From: a virus
Lineage: Duplodnaviria > Caudoviricetes
Strand: one strand, 5' to 3'
DNA length: 53,069 bases
Virus record (IMG/VR): IMGVR_UViG_3300030118_003137
Coordinates: 1-53,069 of that record
Shown here: in pieces, positions 7,677 to 14,728 of the stretch
Position numbering within the stretch: the first letter of the stretch is position 1
Layout of the letters: every line of letters starts with the position of its first letter
Notes under the pieces: generated by a model
What the model was told of the DNA's origin: nothing
The model's database searches: none
Seen by the model: the letters and a program-made list of their open reading frames with translations, nothing else
Program-made: the position numbers and the translations under genes

Positions 7677-8537
7677 TTAAAAGATATACCTTATTTTATT
7701 CCAAGGTACACCATTAGTATGCATGTATTTAAACTGCTCTATGTATTTCTTCTTGTAAAACCAGTTGTATCGTATATTGTGTCCACCATACTGTGACACT
7801 TTTTCCTCCTGATTATGGGGAGTCCACAAATACTCTTCACCCCTCGTATTCTTTGATACATTCTGTTCATGCATACTCGCATTGTGCGTTAAGAAGATAC
7901 ATTCTGCTAGAACGTCTTTTTTGATGTCGTTTCTAACATTTTCACTAACAAGTCTAAACAGATCTTGATAGTCGTTGAGCCAGTTGTCATATACGATAAC
8001 AGGACTATAATTTATATGAACATCATAACCTGCATCGTAGAACTCGTTTATTGCCTTTATTCTTTCTATTATTTTGCTAGTACCAGGCTCTAATTTGTCT
8101 GATAAATGTTGAGGCATTAGACTAAATCTTATACGTATTTTCCTATTAGGATTAAATGTTAGTAAATGTCTGTTAACATATTTAGTTGCTGCAGTGCCAA
8201 AGGCTCTATCACTATTTTTAAAGTAATTAAATAATAGTTGCCAATCATGAAACTCTATGTGCCTTACATAGTCTTCATTACAACTAAAGTCATAAGTATA
8301 AAAGTTTTTATGAGTCTGATTAGGCGCTTTAGGCCATTGTAATGATTTTACATGGTTATCTATAACATCTATTAGTTCTTGTGTATTTTTGGCTATTGTT
8401 AGCCCTCTACTTACATGCCTACGCATATAACAGTAGTTGCATCTGTATACACAGCCAAAACCAAATGATGGTGTAATAAAATCAGATGATCTGCCTGATT
8501 CTCTGATTATTTTTGCTTTACGTGTTACGTATTTCAC
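7677..8537 (-). CDS. Spore photoproduct lyase (SplB)-like radical SAM enzyme
   Basis: DFITPSFGFGCVYRCNYCYM (CxxxCxxC), FSCNED (Cys at the position of the SPL H-donor Cys), ATKYVN, IRIRFSLMP, LEPGTS.I.ERI.A and YDVHINYSPVI. GTG start. Confidence 0.85.
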   Translation of the reverse strand: MKYVTRKAKIIRESGRSSDFITPSFGFGCVYRCNYCYMRRHVSRGLTIAKNTQELIDVIDNHVKSLQWPKAPNQTHKNFYTYDFSCNEDYVRHIEFHDWQLLFNYFKNSDRAFGTAATKYVNRHLLTFNPNRKIRIRFSLMPQHLSDKLEPGTSKIIERIKAINEFYDAGYDVHINYSPVIVYDNWLNDYQDLFRLVSENVRNDIKKDVLAECIFLTHNASMHEQNVSKNTRGEEYLWTPHNQEEKVSQYGGHNIRYNWFYKKKYIEQFKYMHTNGVPWNKIRYIF

Positions 8538-8551
8538 TTCATATCTACCTC

Positions 8552-8650
8552 CTAGAATAAATATTTAACTATAAAATACCAAAATACTGCTCCTATTAAG
8601 AATAACAGTATCCATACAACACCTTTTGGTAAATTCATAAAAAAATCCAT
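8552..8650 (-). CDS. Small single-TM membrane peptide (~32 aa)
   Basis: GAGGAG RBS upstream of ATG 8650; hydrophobic VVWILLFLIGAVFWYFIV. Confidence 0.55.
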   Translation of the reverse strand: MDFFMNLPKGVVWILLFLIGAVFWYFIVKYLF

Positions 8651-8692
8651 TGTTTTCTCCTCTATTATGATATTTATATATGTAGTTAATAG

Positions 8693-8775
8693 TAATAGAG
8701 AGGCTTGACCCTCGTTAGTGTATACTCTCGCACCTAGGACGGTATTTTTCTCGCCTGTCAATATCCCCTCTATTA
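8693..8775 (-). ncRNA. Structured intergenic element
   Basis: Outer stem taatagag/ctctatta with nested ttgac/gtcaa. Confidence 0.35.
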
Positions 8776-8782
8776 AATATTT

Positions 8783-8879
8783 GGGCCTATAACCGTCGCT
8801 AAAAAGTTATAAGCCCTGGGTATACGGGGGTAAACCCGATTGGTCGGCAAACCTTGATTGGTTGCCTTATATTAGCGAC
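8783..8879 (-). ncRNA. Pseudoknot-forming element
   Basis: 11-bp hairpin (8783-8816, one U-G pair on the minus strand). Its loop (8795-8802) is perfectly complementary to 8872-8879, with two further hairpins in between. Confidence 0.55.
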
Positions 8880-9046
8880 TAGTAAGAGATAACACTCTTA
8901 TTTTTTAATGCTTGATTTAATACGGTTACTTCTTTAAATATGTGATCCACTGGTCTATTTGATTCTTCAAAATGCTTTTCTTCTTCTGTGTATAAATAAT
9001 TGATAACTTTTGATAGTGCTATTTGTTGTCGATTATTTAATTTCAT
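8879..9046 (-). CDS. Hypothetical protein (55 aa)
   Basis: Manual ORF MKLNNRQQIALSKVINYLYTEEEKHFEE... with GGAGG RBS. Confidence 0.7.
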   Translation of the reverse strand: MKLNNRQQIALSKVINYLYTEEEKHFEESNRPVDHIFKEVTVLNQALKNKSVISY

Positions 9047-9110
9047 CTACCCTCCAGTTTATAGTATAGCCCCTATTGACTATACCAGATTGCATATAAC
9101 TGTTTGCGAC

Positions 9111-9407
9111 TCATTTTCGCATGTTTCGCCTTTTTCTCAGGCCAACGACTGTTTGCCCATCTTTCGAGTTCGTATCTGAACCTGTAAGGGCAGTATTTAT
9201 TTGTTCTCCACATAATTTACCCTCCATGTAAAGATTATAGGAATCTTCTTCAATTCCTGGTTCTGGTTGATACGCAGCTTTACCTGTTCTAATTAATTCT
9301 TCTTCATGACATTGCTGTTGATAATCATACAATGCCGCTTCGTCTATCTCTATTGGATAGCCGTTGTAGTCTTGATAGTCCATTAATAGACTTTTCATTT
9401 TTCCCAC
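9111..9407 (-). CDS. Hypothetical protein
   Basis: ORF track; GTG start with GGAGG RBS. Confidence 0.65.
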   Translation of the reverse strand: MGKMKSLLMDYQDYNGYPIEIDEAALYDYQQQCHEEELIRTGKAAYQPEPGIEEDSYNLYMEGKLCGEQINTALTGSDTNSKDGQTVVGLRKRRNMRK

Positions 9408-9442
9408 TATTGACCTCCTAGTTTTATAATATTTAGAAATTT

Positions 9443-9499
9443 TGAGCAGTTTTAAGCCTTACTCAGGGCTAGCACGTTTTAAGACACAGGCTATTGTCT
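9443..9499 (-). ncRNA. Tandem H-type pseudoknots
   Basis: Minus strand AGACA-AUAGCCUG-UGUCU-UAAAAC-GUGCUA, then AGCC-CUGAGUAA-GGCU-UAAAAC-UGCUCA; each loop pairs with its 3' tail. Confidence 0.55.
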
Positions 9500-9505
9500 G
9501 GATCA

Positions 9506-9733
9506 TTAGTATCGAGGATTGATGATAAGCTTTCGACAGAATTTAGACTTTTTGCGTAAAGTCCTTACTATTATTACTTGTAGATAGAATGCTGTTAAAT
9601 ACAGTGGTATTCCAACTACAATGTATAATACTGTCCAAAGTATAAAGGTAAGATATGAGGTAGGTAATATTAAATACCAAAAGCCTAAACAAGATAAAAA
9701 TGTAAATAATTTGACTAAACTTTTCATTTTCAT
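9506..9733 (-). CDS. Small membrane protein
   Basis: Two hydrophobic segments followed by a basic tail. Confidence 0.65.
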   Translation of the reverse strand: MKMKSLVKLFTFLSCLGFWYLILPTSYLTFILWTVLYIVVGIPLYLTAFYLQVIIVRTLRKKSKFCRKLIINPRY

Positions 9734-9882
9734 TTGTTTACCCCCTTTGCCAATTCAATAGCCACTGATAGCGATTGTGGTATTGTTAATTCTTTAGTTT
9801 TTTGCACTGATAATATTGTGCCGTCTTGCTTTAAATAATGATTGAATTGCTCAGTTGAACCGAGACTTTTAACTATATTCAT
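9730..9882 (-). CDS. Hypothetical protein (50 aa)
   Basis: Manual ORF MNIVKSLGSTEQFNHYLKQDG...; GGGGG RBS and ATGA overlap with the next gene. Confidence 0.6.
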   Translation of the reverse strand: MNIVKSLGSTEQFNHYLKQDGTILSVQKTKELTIPQSLSVAIELAKGVNK

Positions 9883-10005
9883 ATAGTCCCCCGTAGTTAT
9901 TTATTATTGGTTTATGTATACTAAAAGACTTACTTAACGCTCTATTGTCGTGGGTTTAAAAAGGATAGACAGATGTCTACCCTTTCTACAACCTTTAGGT
10001 TGATA

Positions 10006-10398
10006 CTACCCAAATGAAAGACTACTACGAAATCCTTTACGTATTGGCTGATACTTAACACCGATAGTAACAGTAGTAACCTCATCTTCATCTATCTGTT
10101 CCATAGGTTCTGGGAACTGATAAGACTTTCTATATGCTACACCCTCTTCAACGATTAGTTTATCGTGTTCAGATTGCATAGCCTTTAACATATCAACAGA
10201 TAATACATCAGGGATTGCTTTACCCTCTTCTGCTATAAAGTTGATTATGATACTATTTCTATATTGTTGCTTACCCTCAACTTTGGTATTAACCCACTCT
10301 TCAACAATAGCACCATTTTTGATAACTTTATCTTTATGTTGTTGCTTTTCATTTGCATAGTTATATAATGAACAGTATTTATTCTTTGAACTTGACAT
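10006..10398 (-). CDS. Hypothetical protein, first gene of the minus-strand arm
   Basis: ORF track, 130 aa, AAGGA RBS. Confidence 0.75.
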   Translation of the reverse strand: MSSSKNKYCSLYNYANEKQQHKDKVIKNGAIVEEWVNTKVEGKQQYRNSIIINFIAEEGKAIPDVLSVDMLKAMQSEHDKLIVEEGVAYRKSYQFPEPMEQIDEDEVTTVTIGVKYQPIRKGFRSSLSFG

Positions 10399-10478
10399 AA
10401 TTAATTTCCTTTATTTTATTATTATTTATTAATTAGGGCAACGAGCCCAAGTGAGCAGGGGCCAACCTACGGTTGAAC

Positions 10479-10549
10479 CTACCCCAGGACCGTGAGAAAT
10501 TCAACCTGGTAAGCGAAGCGCACCGTGAATTTCAACGGGGTCGGGGTAG
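10479..10549 (+). promoter_or_regulatory. Long imperfect hairpin capped by a GCGAAGC mini-hairpin (candidate virion-RNAP promoter or origin)
   Basis: ctacccc/ggggtag, gacc/ggtc and gaaattca (10496-10503)/tgaatttc (10526-10533), with GCGAAGC at 10513-10519. Confidence 0.45.
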
Positions 10550-10710
10550 TGTATATCACGCACTCAGATTCTAGGGCAATTTTTTACAAATGCACTTTTC
10601 AACCCCAAAACACCCCTTTCTAGGCTAGATTGATGTAAAAACTAAGGTAAGGTACCATGGAAATATATTTTGAGCAAAAAAAGGCAATTTAGACTTTCCT
10701 AAAGTTTTTG

Positions 10711-10741
10711 TTGCAGTATTTGACATTACGTTACTATATTA
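10711..10741 (+). promoter_or_regulatory. sigma70-like promoter TTGCAG-N18-TATATTA
   Basis: Same spacing as the elements at 14655 and 36070; upstream of the first plus-strand gene. Confidence 0.55.
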
Positions 10742-10780
10742 CATATATATATTCCCGTGGTCGTTACTACTTTAGACTAC

Positions 10781-10927
10781 TACAACAGTCTTAACATTTG
10801 TTTACAACAGTAGTACAACAGAACATTGAGTAGTTTTTAACTAATAAATATATCTTCAGGAGTACAGTGAGTAGTAAATATAAACCTATAAAGACTGATA
10901 CAGTAACGACAAAGTGGAATACAACAG
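10781..10927 (+). repeat. Four TACAACAG direct repeats
   Basis: Copies at 10781, 10803, 10814 and 10920 in the divergent non-coding region. Confidence 0.7.
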
Positions 10928-10960
10928 TAACAGTAAATAACGTAAGAAGGTACCCTAAAA

Positions 10961-11767
10961 ATGGCAGAAAAAAATAATCTATTAACTGCGTCTTATGACC
11001 AGATAAAAGACAAGATAAAGCCAGGTGAGTTTAGTACTAATGTCAATTCTAGCATGGGAAGTAAGTTCCTAGAAGAAGAGATTATTAGCGGTAATAAGGA
11101 CAATAGCGCATCATATGACTCGTTTTACAGTAATCTAAACACAGAAGGTTTAAACCCTAGGCAAGTTAAAAAAGATGGGCATATGGACAATTATGTCCTA
11201 GATAGTGATGGTAATCCTGTTATTGATTACTCAAAAATATCAGACGGTATTAATGAGAGAAATTTTTATAATAAATATGGTGAGCTTGTAGATAGTCATT
11301 TTACTAGTGGTACTGACGCTGTAACAACAGATCGTAATACTGGAGATTTAAGGAATTATTCAGAGTTTAATTTAGGTCCATATCAGTTTCACACAGACCC
11401 TGACGGTAACTTTGTAGACCAGGACGGGACAATTTGGGATGAAGAAATTGTTCGTAATGCATGGGATAACCTGCAAAAAAGAGCTCAACAAGTTCACAAC
11501 GCTGGAAGTACTCAAGAAGCTTGGGAAGCACATATGCCATTGGCGTATGGAGATACACCTGAAGGTAAGGCTGCTAATGCAAATCAAACATGGACATTTA
11601 ACGAAGATACAGGGGTGTATGAAGGCTCAGAAATATATGTTGGTAGTAGTGATGAATATCTTACAAAACGATCTGATATTAATCATGAGTTAAATAGACC
11701 TAAATCTAGCAACAAAACTCAAGGATTTCTAGCAAGAGCCTTAGATAAAGTAAAAGGAATATTTTAA
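10961..11767 (+). CDS. Hypothetical acidic protein
   Basis: 268-aa ORF rich in D/N, with an amphipathic C-terminal helix; no family recognised. Confidence 0.75.
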   Translation: MAEKNNLLTASYDQIKDKIKPGEFSTNVNSSMGSKFLEEEIISGNKDNSASYDSFYSNLNTEGLNPRQVKKDGHMDNYVLDSDGNPVIDYSKISDGINERNFYNKYGELVDSHFTSGTDAVTTDRNTGDLRNYSEFNLGPYQFHTDPDGNFVDQDGTIWDEEIVRNAWDNLQKRAQQVHNAGSTQEAWEAHMPLAYGDTPEGKAANANQTWTFNEDTGVYEGSEIYVGSSDEYLTKRSDINHELNRPKSSNKTQGFLARALDKVKGIF

Positions 11768-12162
11768 TGCCAAAATTTGGAAGTAGAAGTAAAAAGAATT
11801 TAGCTACCTGTGATGAAAGAATACAAAAGGTGCTTAACGAAGTAATAAAACACGTAGATTGTAGTGTAATAGAGGGACATAGAAGTGCTGAAAGACAAAA
11901 TAAATTATTTGAAGAAGGTAAGACTAAGGTTAAATACCCCAATGGTCGTCATAACTCTAATCCAAGTAGGGCTGTTGATGTGGTCCCTTATCCTATTGAT
12001 TGGGATGACAGAGAACGTTTTCATTTGTTCGCTGGTTTTGTTATTGGCATTGCTAAGTCTATGGCGATAAACCTTAGATGGGGCGGTGATTGGGATCAAG
12101 ATTGGTATGTTCATGACAATAGATTTGATGATTTTCCACATTTTGAAATAAAGGAGGACTAA
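11767..12162 (+). CDS. Endolysin, peptidase M15 (L-Ala-D-Glu peptidase-like)
   Basis: EGHRS..RQ..L, RHNSNPSRAVD, LRWGGDW and DFPHFE Zn-peptidase motifs. Confidence 0.92.
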   Translation: MPKFGSRSKKNLATCDERIQKVLNEVIKHVDCSVIEGHRSAERQNKLFEEGKTKVKYPNGRHNSNPSRAVDVVPYPIDWDDRERFHLFAGFVIGIAKSMAINLRWGGDWDQDWYVHDNRFDDFPHFEIKED

Positions 12163-12163
12163 T

Positions 12164-12253
12164 ATGCCTAAAGGTAAAGGTACATATGGTAAAAAGGTAG
12201 GTAGACCACCAAAAAAGAAAAAAAAGAAGGCTAAGTCTAAGAAAAAGTACTAA
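12164..12253 (+). CDS. 29-aa Lys-rich peptide with AT-hook-like GRP core
   Basis: Manual ORF MPKGKGTYGKKVGRPPKKKKKKAKSKKKY; AAGGAGG RBS; fills the gap between its neighbours exactly. Confidence 0.75.
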   Translation: MPKGKGTYGKKVGRPPKKKKKKAKSKKKY

Positions 12254-12254
12254 A

Positions 12255-13028
12255 ATGTACGAAATAAGTATCAGACATAAAGATATAGGTAAAACTACCT
12301 ATAAAATCTACAATAAAGAAGAGGCTGATAAAAAAGAAATTGGGTATGTATATTGGAAAGAAGCAGAAGAAGGGCAATATGCGCTCACTGATGATAATTA
12401 TGTTGGAAAGGTTATCCAAAAGAAGTGTTATACTGGGGATAATGGAGTTGATAGCTATTATATTCGTATGCCTTTTGGGTACGCCTTTCATTCTCCTAGG
12501 TATCCTAATCAAAACCTTAAAGCAGACGGTAGATTATCTAATCACACAATGTCTGGCAAGCCTCAGCTCGAAGTACGTAAAGGTACCCAAGAATGGAAAA
12601 ACCTCGCAATGGTCTATAGTGTCTGTTTTAATATGGATTTGGCCATTGATACTGTTATTAATAATCCTAGCGCTTCAAAGAGGAGGACAGTAAAAAGATG
12701 GATGAGAACACAGGAGTTTAAATCTATGGTAAAAGATGAATTAAAAGAAGTATTAGCAGAAAAAGGTCACAATAGATCAAAAACAATTGACTTATTAGAC
12801 CAAGCCTTAGAAATGGCTAAAGAAAAGAAAGATATAACGAACTTTCTTAGAGTTGTAGAAAATATACAGGATATGTTAGGCATGAAAGATAAGACTGTAA
12901 CTAAAACTACTACTCAGCTAGAGGCTACTGCCACAAGAAAGCTATTAGATGAGATAAATGAAGAAGAACAACATCTAAAGGGCACACAAACAAAGATAGA
13001 GGCAAAGACATCTACAGATGAAGCCTAA
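12255..13028 (+). CDS. Putative terminase small subunit
   Basis: Upstream of the large terminase; helical C-terminal half typical of TerS. Confidence 0.55.
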   Translation: MYEISIRHKDIGKTTYKIYNKEEADKKEIGYVYWKEAEEGQYALTDDNYVGKVIQKKCYTGDNGVDSYYIRMPFGYAFHSPRYPNQNLKADGRLSNHTMSGKPQLEVRKGTQEWKNLAMVYSVCFNMDLAIDTVINNPSASKRRTVKRWMRTQEFKSMVKDELKEVLAEKGHNRSKTIDLLDQALEMAKEKKDITNFLRVVENIQDMLGMKDKTVTKTTTQLEATATRKLLDEINEEEQHLKGTQTKIEAKTSTDEA

Positions 13029-13188
13029 AAAACCAACAATGAAGCAAGTAGCAGAGCATATCTATAAAACAGATGTGCTTATTTCTCATATAATGCTCAA
13101 ATTAAGAGATTTAGAAGAAAAAGCTCACGAACCAAGGGACTTTGTTTGCTGTAAAGAGTGTGGATGTAAGTTAAAAAAAGATGAATGA
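13018..13188 (+). CDS. Small Cys-rich hypothetical protein (56 aa)
   Basis: Manual ORF ending HEPRDFVCCKECGCKLKKDE; overlaps both neighbours. Confidence 0.6.
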   Translation: MKPKKPTMKQVAEHIYKTDVLISHIMLKLRDLEEKAHEPRDFVCCKECGCKLKKDE

Positions 13189-14674
13189 TTTTGAAGAAAG
13201 ATATGCTAAGAAGCAGGCTCTTAAGAAGTTATTTAAAAACATTGCACTTTTTGGTCGTACTTGTTTTCCTACTGCTCTTAGAAAGGCTACTCCACCTTTT
13301 CATCATGAAATATATTCTCATTTAAGAGACAGAAATAAAAAAAGAGTTTTAATAGCAGCGCCTCGTGGTACAGCTAAATCCACAGTAACCTCCCTACTCC
13401 TTCCACTACACAGAATCGCTTTTAAACACGAAGATGACGAGGAGTTCATCGTAATCATCTCTGAATCACAGGCGCAGTCTATTAACTTCTTATCTCGTAT
13501 TAAGTACCACTTAACTCATAGTGAAAAATTTAAGACATTGTTTGGAGATATGGGTCCTAATACTGCTAAAAGGTGGACAGCAACAGATGTAGTTACGGCT
13601 AATGGTGTTCGTATAGTAGCAGTAGGTACAGGACAAAGGGTTAGGGGTTTTATTGAAGGAGATACACGTCCTACATTAATTATTGTAGATGACTTTGAAT
13701 CAGAATTAAACGCATTCACGCAAGAGGCTAGAGCCAAAAATAGAAAATGGATGACAGAGGCAGTTATACCGTCACTATCTGATGAGGGCCGTATTGTTAT
13801 GATAGGTACTGTTATCTCTGAAGATTGTTTCTTATACTGGGCAAAAGATTCCCCAGCATGGAACACTTTATGGTTTTCTATAATAAATGAAGATGGCTCT
13901 CCAATATGGCCCGAAAGATTTCCTGATGAGCGTATATCTCAAATAAAAGAGGAGTATGCATCTGTAGGTAATATAAATGGATTCTATCAAGAGTACATGA
14001 ATATAGCGCAATCTCCTGATGAAGCACCTTTTAAGCCAGAGTGGATTAAACTGCATCAATATGACTTTGAACGAAGAGAAGGTCAACCATGTTTAGTTAA
14101 ACAAAAGGGTGATAAGGAAGAAGTTATACCTGTAGAAGTGTATGGAGGAGTTGATCCAGCATCATCTCTTTCAGCAAGGGCAGACTTTTTTGTTCTTATA
14201 ACTATTGGTATTGATTTTGATGGGAATAAGTATTTAATAGACTTATATAGAAAGCATGTATCTCCAGCAGAACAACCTGATATTATTATAGAAAGATTTA
14301 AAAAGTATAGGCACCGTAAAATGAAAATAGAAACTGTTGCATATCAAGAAGCATTAAGAGCAGCAGTTAAAAAACGTATGTTAGAAGAAAACTTATATAT
14401 ACCAGGCCTAGAAAAAGGGGTAAAACCTAGAACACGTAAATCTGAAAGACTTTTATCATTAGTCCCTATGTTTGCTAAAGGAGAGTTTTATTTTAGAAGT
14501 CAAGATACAGACGCACAAGCAGAGTTTTTATCTTACCCAAAAGGTAAGCATGATGACGTTATGGATGCATTATGGACATCACTAGAAGGTGCAAGGCCAT
14601 CAAGAATAAAATCATTTGATGAGGACGCTGAACCAAATAAATTAAAGAAAGTACTTGATTGGATGACTTTATAG
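13181..14674 (+). CDS. terL: Terminase large subunit
   Basis: APRGTAKST Walker A, LIIVDDFE Walker B, IGTV motif, nuclease GVDPA...ADF and HDDVMDAL. Confidence 0.96.
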   Translation: MNDFEERYAKKQALKKLFKNIALFGRTCFPTALRKATPPFHHEIYSHLRDRNKKRVLIAAPRGTAKSTVTSLLLPLHRIAFKHEDDEEFIVIISESQAQSINFLSRIKYHLTHSEKFKTLFGDMGPNTAKRWTATDVVTANGVRIVAVGTGQRVRGFIEGDTRPTLIIVDDFESELNAFTQEARAKNRKWMTEAVIPSLSDEGRIVMIGTVISEDCFLYWAKDSPAWNTLWFSIINEDGSPIWPERFPDERISQIKEEYASVGNINGFYQEYMNIAQSPDEAPFKPEWIKLHQYDFERREGQPCLVKQKGDKEEVIPVEVYGGVDPASSLSARADFFVLITIGIDFDGNKYLIDLYRKHVSPAEQPDIIIERFKKYRHRKMKIETVAYQEALRAAVKKRMLEENLYIPGLEKGVKPRTRKSERLLSLVPMFAKGEFYFRSQDTDAQAEFLSYPKGKHDDVMDALWTSLEGARPSRIKSFDEDAEPNKLKKVLDWMTL

Positions 14675-14685
14675 TACTTATATTA
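14655..14685 (+). promoter_or_regulatory. sigma70-like promoter TTGATT-N18-TATATTA
   Basis: Upstream of the portal gene; same spacing as the elements at 10711 and 36070. Confidence 0.5.
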
Positions 14686-14728
14686 CAATGCCTACATGGG
14701 TATACAAAACGGGGGTTTTAACATATAT

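Noticed and set aside
8651-8761. N-terminal extension of the 8552..8761 ORF
   Set aside because: It runs through a structured intergenic element from a TTG start; a better RBS plus ATG lies at 8650.
10781-10927. Possible CRISPR mini-array
   Set aside because: The repeats are only 8 nt with irregular spacing (14, 3 and 98 nt) and there are no cas genes.
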